A stretch of DNA of 64,000 bases. Source: Octopus sinensis. Taxonomy: Eukaryota. The notes below the pieces were generated by a model. It ran no database searches. It worked only from the letters and a program-made list of their open reading frames with translations, and was not told the DNA's origin. Position numbers and translations under genes: made by a program. The stretch lies in contig NW_021831836.1 in NCBI RefSeq assembly GCF_006345805.1, positions 1 to 64,000 of the forward strand. Direction: 5' to 3'. This document shows positions 13,338-26,597 of the stretch, piece by piece; the first letter of the stretch is position 1; the number at the start of each line of letters is the position of its first letter.

Positions 13338-13384
13338 GACATGTTAAAGTTGTCCGTGCCATCTATAATTACAGTGCACAAAGA
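13338..13384 (+). CDS. OSTF1: Osteoclast-stimulating factor 1, first visible coding exon (start of SH3): (G)HVKVVRAIYNYSAQR
   Basis: TTTCAG acceptor and GTAAGT donor, phase 1 in and phase 0 out. Resembles vertebrate OSTF1 GQVKVFRALYTF and joins in frame to 41489. Confidence 0.85.
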
Positions 13385-13739
13385 GTAAGTATTAAATTTG
13401 TATGTTTATATGTGCATGAATGTGCACATATAAGTAGGCTGTGCAGATGCTCATGTATTTGTAATCATGTGCCTGTTTGTGCATGCTCGTGAATTAGCCT
13501 TGTATGCATGCATGTATTTATCTGTGGGCATGTTTGTACATGTTCATGCATGTGTGTGTGTGTGTGTGTGTGTGGTGTATAGAAACCAAAACTTTGTGAG
13601 TAGACACCAAAATGTTGTGAGTCTACTTTGGTAGGCACAAACTGAAAGAAGCCCATCATGTGCACATATAGTATAAGAATAGGATAAAAGAAAAATTCAA
13701 AGAGCTTTACCTCTGTTAGAAAATCAAAGGTCTTTCTCT

Positions 13740-14227
13740 TCTAATAAAAGGAAGATTGTAGGATGTTTGTGTATTAACTGCAGTACTACATGGTAAGGAG
13801 ATGTGAACCCTGAATGCAGAGGACATGAGAAGACTAGAGAGGAATGAAGTTTTGTATGTTCTGTTGTATGTGCAATGTTAGTGTACATGTACAATAGAGT
13901 GTTAGTGTATTGAGAGAAAAGTTAGTCATAAGAGGAATTAGATATGGTGTGTAATGGAGAATACTGGGTTGGTTCAGTCATGTGATGAATATGGACTATG
14001 ATAGTTGCATAAAGAAGTACTGATCACTTAAAGTGAATGGAACTTGTGGAAGAGGAAACCCCAGGAAAGCACCAGACAAAGTATTGAGGGCTGATTTCAA
14101 GATGTTGTACCCCAAGGAAGAGATGACAAAGCACCAAGATAACTGCCACCTTGCTGTACTTGAGAAACCCCTATCACTACAACAGAATTGATATTCTAAA
14201 ACCACCTTCTCAAATGTTTGTACATGT
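13740..14227 (+). mobile_element. Old RTE LINE C-terminal remnant
   Basis: Degenerate WFSHVMNMDYDSCIKK and GTCGRGNPRK, homologous to 22320-22420. Confidence 0.6.
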
Positions 14228-14232
14228 GAAAC

Positions 14233-17059
14233 TGTTATAATCCTTAAAATGTTGGATTGTTATAATGCCCACTTCAGTATACAGTATACTTAGTGAAGAC
14301 ATGACTATCTCTGACTACCTACTATGTACTCCAGTATTTTGTGTACTTCTCTTTACTTATAGTGACTATGTTATTCTATTCATCATGTGGGAGGGGTGTA
14401 CCATTATTACTAATTCCTTTCAACATCTCCCCTTTTAAGTTTTTCTTAGAAAGTGTCATTTTAATAATTTAATAACTTCCCTTTTTTGAGTTTATTTCCG
14501 TACAATTTAATATTTTTGCGCTTGGTATCTATTTTTCAGGAACTCTGTATGTTTCCTTTTCCTCTCACTTGTACGCCAAGGTTCAATCACCTGCAGTAGC
14601 GTTGGTACTTGGAATGTATCATACAACCATTTCATCAGTTCCTCCAACTTCTTTGGTTCGCTTTCCACAAATCTCTTTTATAGTAGGTTCCTGTATCTCT
14701 TTTGTGTGCCTTTTCTACTTTTAACCAATGCATTTGGTAATTACGCCATCTTCCCAACTCTGCTTTCCATTCTTGTATGCCCTCATATACACCTTTTCAC
14801 CAACTTTAAAGAACCTTCTTATGTCTTCTCTAACACTTTCTTTTCTTACCAGGTAGCAATTTATGAAAGACATTTTACTTTCCTTGAAAACATAAGCTCT
14901 GCTGGTGAGCTACCTGCTAGTATATTCAGGTTTGGTGTCACACAATACATTATCAAAAATTGTTGTAGAGCTACCTCATCCCTGACTTCCTTATTTGATT
15001 TTCTAAGGGCTCTTTTGAAGATATCAACAAAGCGTTCTGACTGCCCATTAGATCTGGGATGGTATGATGCTGTAGTTATATATTCTACCATGAACATTTC
15101 ACAAAATTTTAAAAATTCACTAGACACAAATTGTTTTCCATTATCAGACACTATCTTGTCTGGGATGCCAAATCTTGCAAACAATTTGTGTAAAAAATTT
15201 CAGGCCATTTCAAAAAACTATCAATTACCACTAAGTAGTAAGAACCATTTAAAGGACCAGCAACATCAATGTGTATTCTCGACCATAGGACATCTACTTT
15301 TGAACAATGTTTACTTTTTATCTTGAGCAATATTTCATTTCATTTTGGTTTACATACAGGTATGCCACTCTGTTTTACTGCAATTTTTTGTTTTAGTCCC
15401 TCAGCCGCATTCAAACCTTTGACTGACCCAACTATATTTCCACACAGAACACTTATGGGTGTATCCTACAATTTGAATAGTTCCATTCAATCTGTGCCAA
15501 ATAGATTAAGTGAACTTTTAACACATATGTCTTAGCTTTTTTCGTTTGACCTTGAAATGTTACATTGCATATAAATTCACTGAAAAAATATAATCTTTGT
15601 CCCATAACACCATGTGCTACCTTTATCAACTTAATTCATTTCAGCTTACCGACATATTTCCACGTTTTTTTGTTTATAATGGTGATATCACCACCAGTGT
15701 CCAACTGCATTTTAACACTCGTATTTCTGATGACATACTATTTATTCTTTTTCCTTTGCTCTGATGTTTTGTCATCTTCATTCTACAGTTTCTTCAGTGC
15801 ATCTTTATATGTCCTATATTTCCACAATGAAAGCACTCCACTTTTTTAAATGAACTTTTTTTCCTTAGGTAAAACATGGGTTTACTTCCTGACTTTTGTC
15901 ATGTTTTTTAAAAAACACTTTATCTCTATTTTATTTCACACTTGTTTTACTTGGAAACAATCTTTACATTCAATTTCTTCTGTGTCATGTCTTTATTTGA
16001 CTATCCTTTCACATTCTTCTAACACTTGTTGTAGGGATACATCCTGGTTTTGTTCCAGCTTTGCGAGAATTCTAACTTCTGCATCCTCTTCAGCAGTAAG
16101 TCCCTGTGTAAAAATCAGGCATTTGAACACATGTGGCCTTAATTCGCTCAGTTTAAACTTTTTGTATTCCCTGTTAACTCTACCAGCATATGTGATGTAG
16201 TCCTCATTGTTGTTTTTCTCTATATTCAGATACTTCCAATGTGTGTTGAACAATGAGTTTTTGTCACTAAAAATTTTACATGATATATCTATTGTGTCAT
16301 TAAAGTCTATGTTCAAAGGTTTTCTTGGGAGTACATAATTACTGTATTGTCATGTTCTTTTGCCATTGGTTTTCTCAAGATTAAGTGTGTTTTCATCTCG
16401 TTCTCTCAATCTTTACATTCTTTATCGAAGATTTGCTCATAAGTTCTGTAGTATGCTTCGAAGGTAATTCCTTCAATGTTATGGAGTTCACAACATAGTC
16501 TGTTGAGAACACTTTTTCTGACTTGCCTGATGACTTTAGTAATTGCAGCATTTGTGGCTGTAATTTTATTTATTGTTGTTGCTTATATTGTTGCTCTTGC
16601 AGTTGTATCTGCTGCTGTTATTATTCTTTCAGATGTTGGTGGTGGTGGTGTCCTTGCAGTCGTAGCTGCTGCTGTTGTTGTTGTTCTTTCAATTGCTGTT
16701 GTTGCTGTTTATGCAACTTGAGCAAACCAGCCAATTATTTTTCATGAAATTCACACAACAAAAGCTTTTGTGAGTTTATTAACTCCTCTTCGAGTTTCTA
16801 TTAACTCCACATGAATTGGTTTATCCTTATTGCCACTGTTATAACCCTCGTTGTCACTGTTGTAATCCTTTTAATGTTAGATTATTATAACACCCACTTC
16901 AGTATAAAGTATACTTAGTAAAACCAGTGAAGACACAACTATCTCTGATCACCTACTATGTACTCTAGTACTTCACATACTTCTCTTTACTTGTAGTGAC
17001 TAGGTTATTCCAATCGTCACATGGGAGGGGTGTACTATTATTACTGATAACCTACAACA
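14233..17059 (-). mobile_element. Internally deleted Gypsy-type LTR retrotransposon (gag-protease-integrase; RT/RNase H not seen)
   Basis: TG...CA direct repeats at 14233-14425 and 16858-17059. GAAAC TSD at 14228-14232 and 17060-17064. PPT AAAAGGGGAGA abuts the 3' LTR. PBS-like GTGACAACGAGG. Protease QLDTGGDITII near 15690. Confidence 0.9.
14861..15184 (-). pseudogene. rve integrase core of the LTR element
   Basis: FARFGIPDKIVSDNGKQF and YHPRSNGQSERFV, preceded after a break by WSRIHIDVAGP. Confidence 0.9.
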
Positions 17060-17089
17060 GAAACTTTTCCCCACCTCTCTTCTCACTGC

Positions 17090-17700
17090 CCCATCAAGCT
17101 TCCTCTACATCCCATTCCTTAATGCTCATCATCTCTTTATCTTTGATATTATCCAACTACCATAATCACCTGGGAGCAGAATAGTTATATACTACTCCCC
17201 CCACCATCTTTAGAACCACTTCCATTCATCATCTTCCTCTAGCTATGGTCTCTCCTCTCTTCTATACTCCATCCTGATACATCTGTCATCCCCTATCACT
17301 TCTGATGCCCTCACATATCTAACATACTTGCCTATGCCTCCCAGCTACTCTTATATCTCTCACCTTGAATTACCACAGTCACTTCTATCCCATCTAACCA
17401 TCTTCTCTCAGATTCTTATGAAAATGTCCCACCCAGTCCAATCCTCTGTACCACTTACCTATATTCATTCTCCACTCACTGTACCTTGAGAATATATTCT
17501 GGTACATATCCACCACCATCTCTTCCACTCTCTCCATTCTTATCTTTCTATCTGAGTCTCCTTCTTACTCTTCTCCAACTGGAATAGCCTTGTATTTCTT
17601 CTACAGCAAGACACCTATGTCTATTCCTCTATTATTCTTTTAATCTCTCATCAGTTGGCACAAAGACACCTCTTTCAATACTACTCCCCACTTTCTTGGG
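17090..17700 (-). mobile_element. Highly decayed RTE endonuclease remnant
   Basis: Purine-rich minus strand with degenerate similarity to the xDxCCIQEVRW and GVGILL region at 19440-19580. Confidence 0.4.
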
Positions 17701-17733
17701 ATTTTGTCGTGTGTGTGTGTGTGTGTGTGTATA

Positions 17734-18530
17734 CAGGGTGTGATGAATAAATTGTCTAAATTATGCAAAAATGAAAATAACACCGACATCTCATTTTAAC
17801 ATATATATTTACCAAAATTACAGAAGAATATGAAATACTAAAGAGCAAATTTATTCAATAAAATCACCATTGGCTTCAACCATAGCCTCCAGATGACTTC
17901 AGAATCTCCTGCAACTCTTCTGGACAGTCTCCTTGTTTAAGTTGGTGAATGTTGTCATAATCTTTGCCTTCAGTTCACCTTTGGTGTTAGGAGTTTTGAT
18001 GGTCTCTCACTCAACTGTGCCCCACACATAATAATGAAGAGGGCTGCAATCTAGAAAGTTAGGTGGCCAGATGTTAGGGGTGATGTGGTCGCAGAAATTG
18101 TCTGACAGCCATGACTGGGTTCTCCTGCTTGTGTGGCATGGTGCGTAGTCCTGTTGCCTGACATAGGGCATTTCAGCAGCCACCCTCTTGATCCAGGGCA
18201 GCATATCGTCCTTCAGGCACTTGATGTAGGACTATATGTTGAGTCTGAGGCTGTGTGGGAAGATGAATGGAGGCATAACTTCGCCATCACTAGTGATCAC
18301 TCCAGACACCATGATGCTAACTGGATGTTTGATTTTGATCACTCTTGGTACATGTTTTGGGGACATGGCAAGCCAACGACTGTTCTGTGTGTTCACCATC
18401 TGACCCTGGCTGAAATTTTTCTTGCCTGAGAAAAACCAAAGCATGTTCAGTTGGAGTGGATGCTTGAGTTTGTTCAAAAGCTTCATAGCATGGTCTTTCC
18501 TCTTGTCCTTGATGGCTTGGGATAAAAATA
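17734..18530 (-). mobile_element. Tc1/mariner (maT/DD37D-like) transposase remnant with one TIR
   Basis: WFFSGKKNF, QQDYAPCHTS and WPPNFLDCSPLHYYVWG; TA followed by CAGGGTG terminus at 17732-17740. Confidence 0.82.
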
Positions 18531-19161
18531 CTGACTATGTTTCACTTGACAGTGTGCATAGACTAGGTTGTTGAAGTTACTATAGGCATGCAGACAGTTG
18601 CTATAAATTATTGACTCTTGCTTGATGTAACGGGTAATGAGTGCAGTCAGAGTCCTTACTCGGTGTTTGGACCATTTTTTTCTCTCTGTTTGATTTATTT
18701 TATTTTGTTTCTGTTATTTCTTTTCCTTTTACTATTCTTCTCCAAACCCTCATCTAGAATTTTTCAGAAAACTTAGTTAATCTGCTGTTTTTCCCTAAAT
18801 CATTTTCTCTTATATTACAATTAGCTGAATTTCCATAAAATTATGCTAATATTCTATTCTGTTAGTTCAGTAATAGTTTTTGGAACACTTTTATCAAGAT
18901 TAAGTGAATGAAAAACTAACACTAACTTTAAAGTAATATAGTACAATAAATGACTTTTGGAACAGTATTGGTTACTGCCATTGAACATGCTTTGACAGGT
19001 CATTCTTGGTGCCGAATATCTTGCTGTATTTAGTTAATAGATAAATAGTTACCAGGGTAGCAAAAATCACACAAGTAAAAAGGGCGTAACACCTTGTTTT
19101 TAAAGGTAGAAACATGGGCTTTATGTGAAATATTATGTATAATATATATATGTAAATAAGG

Positions 19162-19397
19162 AAATGGAGTTAAACGCAGGTGTTATTTAAATTCTTTTAC
19201 TTCTGACACGTTTTGAGGATATCATTGGTATTATTCCAAAGGAATAAAATGGTGTAAAACAATATAATCTTCTCTCCAGGGAAATGAAGATTACATTGTT
19301 TTACACCATTTTATTCTTTTGGAATGATACCAATGATTTCTTTGAAACATATGTCGGAAGTAAAGAATTTGAATAACACCTGCGTTTAACTCCATTT
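19162..19397. repeat. Imperfect ~236-bp foldback (arms ~100 bp)
   Basis: AAATGGAGTTAAACGCAGGTGTTATT at the left end and AATAACACCTGCGTTTAACTCCATTT at the right end. Confidence 0.92.
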
Positions 19398-19426
19398 ATA
19401 TATATATTGGAGACATGTCGATAGAT

Positions 19427-22400
19427 TCTTGAACAGAAACGTGTCAATATGTGCTGCATCCAAGAAGTAAGGTGGAGAGGAGGTTCTGCTAGGTTCCTCA
19501 CAGGCAAAGAACACAGGTGCAAGATTTTCTGGGTGGAGAACACTGACGGGGTCGGGGGTGTGGATATACTTCTCGCTGAAAAATGGGTAGATAAGGTAAT
19601 TGAGGTAGTCAGAGTATGTGACAGAATACTTAAGATTAGATTAGTGCTTCACCTTGGGTTAACAACCATTATATAGGCCTATGCCCCTCAGCCGGGGCTA
19701 CCCGATGGACAAAAAGACTGATTCTATGACACCCTACTGCAGACTACCTCGTTGACGAATGACAGGGACCTTCTCTTTGTGGCTGGTGACTTCAATGGAC
19801 ATGTTGGACAACATACAGGGGGCTTCCAGGGTGTACATGGAGGCTACGGTTATGGTTCCCACAGTGAGGAGGGAACCAAGCTGCTGGAGTTCTGCGATGC
19901 AAATGATCTTATGGTTTGCAATACTAACTTCAGGAAACCTACCAGTCACCTAGTCACCTACCAATCGGGCCGACATACTAGCCAGATTGACTACATCCTT
20001 GCCAGAAAAACAGAAAGATGGCTGCTTATAAATGCCAAAATCTTCCCAGGTGAAGAATGTACCCCACAACATTGGTAGTTAGTGACTTTAGGATCAGGAC
20101 TAAGTGGATGCCCAGAAGACGACCAACATGGAGAAGAAGGGTCTGGAAGCTTAAAGATCCTGCGAATGGAAAGAGAGTTAGAGACATATTACTCAAAGCC
20201 TTTGATGAAATAGAAGGGGATATAGCTTCACATGGTGCAGAAGACACCTGGAGGTTCCTATGGAACAACCTGCTGAGAGCCACTGACCAGATCTGTGGAT
20301 GGTGCAAAGTCCCCTCTCGACCCAAAATAACGTGGTGGTGGAGCAATGTTGTAGACAGGGCTATTAGAAAAAAGAAACAGGCTTGGAAGGACTGGAAGAA
20401 TGGTGGAAGTAGGGAATTGTATCAGACTGCCAGAAGAAAAGCTAGGAGACAGGTTTATTTAGCCAGAGGGGAAGCAGATGAGAAAAAAATTTGCCAATGT
20501 TCTGCGCCATGAAGATCAAAGACTTGAGGTATTTTGTGTTGCAAGACAGTGTGTGAGAGAGAATCGTGATGTTGTAGGAGAGAAATGTGTTTGCATGGAT
20601 GATGGCTCTATTGCGCTAAATGGGGATGCAAAGAGAGAGGTTTGGAGACGCCATTATGAAAGGTTGCTGAATAAAGAAAATGTATGGCAGAAAGAGAGTC
20701 TGCCGTATGTCGACCCAACAGAGGGACCAACTATCCAAGTTGACAGTACCTTGGTAGATAAAGCAATTAAAAGTACAATGGTAAAGGTGATGCTTTAGAT
20801 ACAAATAATTACAAGGTATCAAGCTGTTGGATCAGGTAATGAAGATCACAGAGAGGGTCATAGCCCAACTAATTAGGGAGAGAGTCAGTATAGATGAGAT
20901 GCAGCTTGGTTTCATGCCAAGGAAAAGCACCACTGATGCTATATTTCTGGTAAGACAGGAATTACTGCAGTGATGCTCAAAATATCTGGCAGTGTCGGCT
21001 ATAGCCTGGTCACCCGTATAGCTAACCAGGTGATACACGAAGGAGTCATACCCAATGACTGGTGTAGCAGCATAATTGTCAACTGCTACAATGGTAAAGG
21101 TGATGCTTTAGATACAAATAATTACAAGGTATCAAGCTGTTGGATCAGGTAATGAAGATCACAAAGAGGGTCATAGCCCAACTAATTAGGGAGAGAGTCA
21201 GTATAGATGAGATGCAGCTTGGTTTCATGCCAACGAAAAGCACCACTGATGCTATATTTCTGGTAAGACAGCTGCAGGAGAAATACCTACCCAAAGATAA
21301 TCCCCTGTACCTGGCTTTCGTTGACATGGAGAAAACCTTTGACAGGGTCCCCCGATCCCTTATCTGGTGATCAATGAGGAAACTAGGGATAGATGAATGG
21401 TTAGTGAGAACCGTGCAAGCCATGTACAGGGACGCTGTCAGTAAGGTGAGGGTTGGCAACGAGTACAGTGAAGAATTCAGGGTAGAGGTAGGGGTCCACC
21501 AAGGTTCAGTCCTCAGTCCCCTCCTATTTATCATAGTCCTCCAGGCAATAATGGAGGAATTCAAGACAGGTTGCCCCTGGGAGCTCCTCTATGCTGATGA
21601 CCTTGCTCTAATTGCTGAGTCACTCTAGAGGAGAAGTTTCAAGTATGGAAACAAGGATTAGAATTGAAGGGCCTTAGAGTCAACCTAACTAAAACCAAAG
21701 TCCTAATAAGTAGGAAGGCAGGCAAACCACAAACACCCTCAGGTAGATGGCCCTGCTTGATCTGTAGAAAAGGCGTAGGTAGAAACTCTATAAGATGTAC
21801 CCAGTGTAAACAATGGTCACATAAGATGTGCAGCAATATCAAAAGAAGACTAACTGGGACGATAGTTTTTGTATGTGGCAGATGCTCGGGAACAATAAAT
21901 AACACTGAAAATGTGCAGAGAACAACTACCACATTCCAGGGAGAAAAAGTAGAAGTAGTTAATAGCTTCCGTTACCTAGGTGACCAAGTCAGTCGCGGGG
22001 GAGGGTGTACTGAAAGTGTAGCGGCTAGAATAAGAATAGCATGGGCTAAGTTCAGAGAGCTCTTACCTCTGCTGGTGACAAAGGGCCTCTCGCTCAGAGT
22101 AAAAAGTAGACTGTATAACGCATGTGTACAAACAACCATGCTACATGGCAGTGAAACATGAGCCGTGACTGCTGAGGACATGCAGAAGCTCGCAAGGAAT
22201 GAAGCCAGTATGCTCTAATGGATGTGTAATGTCAGTATGCATACTCGACAGAGTGAAAGTACTTTGAAAGAAAAGTTGGACCTAAGAAGCATCAGATGTG
22301 GTGTGCAAGAGAGACAACTGCGCTGATATGGTCATGTGGTGAGAATGGATGTGGATAGCTGTGTGAAAAAGTGCCACACCCTAGCAGTTGAGGGAACCTG

Positions 22401-22870
22401 TGGAAGAGGTAGACCTGGGACGAGGTGGTGAAGCATGACCTTCGAACATCAGGCCTCACCGAGGCAATGACTAGTGACTGGGACCTCTGGAAATATGCTG
22501 TGCTTGTGAAGACTTGGCAAGCGCAAGTGAGACCATAACCTCGTGGCCTATGCCAGGAGTGTAACCAGTCCACTTATGCGTGTCTTTCCTTCATTGGACA
22601 CTAAACTCTGCTTGCGAAGACTTGTTGAGGCAAGTGAATTGAAATCAAAATCAAATTCAATGACTGGCACCCGTGCCAGTCGAGCACTAAGAGTACCATA
22701 CAAGTGAGATCGTTGCCAGAGCAACAAGCTGGCCTCCGTGCCAATGGCACGTTAAAAAACACAATTCGAGTGTGATCATTACCTGCGTCACCTTACTAGC
22801 ACCTGTGCTGGCGGCATGTGAAAAACATTCAAAGTGAGGTCATTGCCTTTGCAGGTGGCACATAAAAATC
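19427..22870 (+). mobile_element. RTE LINE, 5'-truncated and disrupted APE-RT, with a PHD-like finger
   Basis: CCIQEVRW, AYAPQ, GDFNGHVG, SQIDYIL, AFVDMEKTFDRVP, GVHQGSVLSPLLF, LLYADDL. Multiple stops and frameshifts, and an internal ~185-bp duplication. Confidence 0.93.
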
Positions 22871-22879
22871 TTTATGTCA

Positions 22880-24109
22880 TATGACTCAAAGGGCCTTAGA
22901 GTCAATCTAGCAAAAGCCAAAGTCTTAGTAAGTAGGAAGGCAGACAAGTTACAAATCCCTTCAGGTGGATGGCCCTGCTCAATTTGTAGAAAAGGCATAG
23001 GTAGAAACTCTGTAAGATGTACTCAGTGTAAGATATGGACACATAAGAGATGCAGCAATATCAAAGAAGGTTAACTCAGAAGATAGTTTTTGTATGTGGC
23101 AGATGCACAGGGGCAATAAACACTGAAGATGTACAGAAAACAGATTCCATCACAAGCCAGGGGAAAAAACAAGTAATTCATAGTTTCCATTACCTTGGTG
23201 ACCAAGTCAGTAGTGGGGGTGGATACTCTGAGAGCGTAGCTGCTAAAATAAGAATAGTCTGTACAAAGTTTTGAGAGCTCCTACCTCTGCTGGTAACAAA
23301 GGGCCTCTCAGAGTGAAAGGTAGTCTGTATGATGCATGTGTGCAAACAATCATACTACACAGCAGTGAAACATGGGCTGTGACTGCTGAGGACATGTGTA
23401 GGCTTAAAAGAAATGAAGCTAATATGCTCTGCTGGATGTATAATGTCAGTGTGCATACACAACAGAATGTAAGTGCCCTGAGAGAAAAGTTGGATATAAG
23501 AAGCATCAGATGTGGTATGCAAGAGAGACAACTGCACTGGTATTGTCATGAAGAAGAGTCACACTCTAACAGTGGAGGAAAATTGTGGAAGAGGTAAACC
23601 CAGGAAGACAAGGGATGAGGTGGTGAAGCAAATGTTGGGCCTCACAGAGGCTATGGCAAGCGGCCAAGATCTTTGGAAATATGCTATGCTTGAGAAGACC
23701 CAGTAATCCAAGTGAGATTGTAACCATAGCTGATGCCAGTGTCACATATCTGGCCCATTTAAAAGTACCCTTCAAATTTCGGGCAATATGCTTTGCATAA
23801 GAAGACCTGTTGAGTCAAGTGAAATCGTAGTTGTGGCTGATGCCAATGCTGCCTGACTGGCACCTATGCCAGTGGCATATAAAAAGCACTATTCCAGTGT
23901 GGTCAATGCCAGTGATGCCTCACTGGCTCCCATGCCAGTCGCATGTAAAAAGCACCTACTATACTCTCAGAGTGGTTGGCATTAGGAAGTGCATCAAGCT
24001 GTAGAGACCTAGTCAGATTGAAGCCTGGTGCAACCTCCTGGCTTGCTAGTCCTCTGTCAAACCATCCAACCCATGCCAGCATGGAAAGCAGATGTTAAAC
24101 GATGATGAT
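22880..24109 (+). mobile_element. Second, older 5'-truncated RTE copy with (GAT)n tail
   Basis: KGLRVNLAKAKVL and CSICRKGIGRNSVRCTQC, homologous to 21664-22161; ends GTTAAACGATGATGAT. Confidence 0.88.
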
Positions 24110-24228
24110 AATATACATATACATACACATATACATACATATATGCATATACCTATACATATGTACATCTACACATATACATATACATACACATATACAT
24201 AGACCTATACATATGTACATACATACAT

Positions 24229-24826
24229 AAGATGAATGTTTACAATTATGAACTAGTCACAATTATTACTAAGAGGGTTTCAAAACTCTTACATGTTTAG
24301 AAATAGCAGTCAAAACTGCTATAAAGCCATCGACTCATATTATTTCTCTTCATAATATTGTTAATATATTCTCTGTATATTACATTACTTTTTAATTATT
24401 TAATTTCCCTAACTCATATCCAGTGATTTTGCAGTGGCTTGAATTTACCAGTCTTTTCTCATAAATGCTGTGCATGGCATTTGAATTCAAAACTTGAATG
24501 TGTAAATAGAGGTTGACACATTTCTCTTGCCAGTTGGGACACATGTTAGCCCCAAGGTAAGGTCTTGTATTGATTTCTATCTATAGGAATATTCCCCTGA
24601 CAAGATGAATGGGTCCCTTAATAGGTCCTTAATGTTGAAATTGCAATCAAGAATTTACCAATTATTTTTAAGTTGTGGATTCTATTTGTCAAGTTGCCTG
24701 CTGACAGCTTTTATAGGCGATAAAAATGGCTTCATAGTGGTTTTCCTGCAATATCTAAACATGTAAAGGTTTTGAAACCCTCTTAGTTATAACTGTGACT
24801 TGTTCATAATTATAAACATTCTTCTT
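24229..24826. mobile_element. ~600-bp MITE-like element with ~100-bp diverged terminal inverted repeats
   Basis: CTAAGAGGGTTTCAAAAC..TTACATGTTTAGA versus TCTAAACATGTAAAGGTTTTGAAACCCTCTTAG. TSD not clear. Confidence 0.65.
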
Positions 24827-24929
24827 CTATGTATTTTATGATAACATGTTTGACCATTGATATATTCATAAATAATTATTAATTGTTTATAATATATCCT
24901 CCATAATGTATTATTACATTACTTTTTTA

Positions 24930-24968
<39 letters not shown>

Positions 24969-24989
24969 TTTTATTTATTATATAGAAGG

Positions 24990-25040
24990 AGCTTCTACAG
25001 GACTAGAACTGTTTCATTCAAGAGAAATCTTCAGGAAGCT
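24990..25040 (-). ncRNA. Type I hammerhead ribozyme (PLE terminus, left arm)
   Basis: Exact reverse complement of 39916-39966. Confidence 0.85.
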
Positions 25041-26118
25041 AGTTAACAAGAATTGTATTGGCATTTATACATTTAGGCAGGTTTAACGGGGTGTTGGTGG
25101 GGGACTTTTTTGGGGGTCGGCATAGCGCAAAATATCATACTTGGGGGAGTGGTCAAGGAGTCAGTGTTAAATTAGATAGAAGAATAAATAAAAAAATAAA
25201 AAAATAAAATAAAAAAATAAAAAAATAAAAAAACCTATATATAAGAAGAACCTATATATAAAAAAAGGGGGAATAGAGTTTTAGGTAAATAAGGAGATTC
25301 TCACTTATACCTATGCACACATGTATACATACATACACACACATACAAACATATATACATATACATACACACATACATACACACACATATATATACATAT
25401 ATATACACTTACCCATACACATACATATACATATCTACACATACACATATATGTATACATACACACACTCACATGCATACACGTATACACACATGTGTAT
25501 ATATACACACACGACCTCACATACATATACGCACAGAAAAATATATATACACATACACACACATACTCACATACACGCATACACACACTTATCCACACAC
25601 ACACATGCACACACAGCACACTAGTCCCTATATACACATATATACACATACACACACATATACACACACATACATACATATACATACATGTATATATATA
25701 TACATATGTGTACCTATGCAAACCTACACATACACACATATATATACACATACAAATACAGACCCATTCCCTAATTTTAATTTTATTATCTTCGTTTATT
25801 ACTTTTGTTATCTTTGGCCACTTGGTCACAAACATCTTGGCTATGACAGCCAGTCCATTTATCTGTCTACTGGAAAACAAGCACACATTCACTCACGCAC
25901 ACTCTTTAGCACGTACTCTCACTCATTCGTACACTCATACACATACACGCACGCACGCACGCGTTATATTCATACATACATCCATCTACATACATTCACG
26001 TATATACACATACGTATGCGTACCTACAGATTTATGTCTACACTCTTAGAAGGCTAGTCTATATATATACACCAATAAATATAAATACACACACATACAT
26101 ATACACCTACATACAGAT

Positions 26119-26193
<75 letters not shown>

Positions 26194-26550
26194 TACACAT
26201 ACACACATATACACACACATACGCATACACACACATATACATATATATACACTACACGCACATACACATGTACATGCGTACCCATACACACACACACACA
26301 CGCGCGCATCCATATATACACATAAGTACACACATGCGTAAAAGTATACATATATCTATGCTTACACATACACACACACACACACGCGCCTCCTTATATT
26401 CATACTTACATGCATACTCAAAAAATAAGTAAATAGTAAAATATATATACGCGCAGTTATTCGTACATGCGTACTCAAAATAAATAATAAATATTAAGTA
26501 TATGTACGTGCAGTTACCTATTATATAGACGGATACATACATATAAACTT

Positions 26551-26597
<47 letters not shown>

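Noticed and set aside
16476-16747. Hydrophobic Val/Ala-rich and Cys-rich ORFs
   Set aside because: They are the antisense reading of the low-complexity (AAC/AGC-rich) segment between the 5' LTR and gag.
24532-24560. Possible micro-exon (TTGCCAG...CCCAAG/GTAAG)
   Set aside because: It lies inside a MITE-like element, and OSTF1 is already complete across this intron without it.
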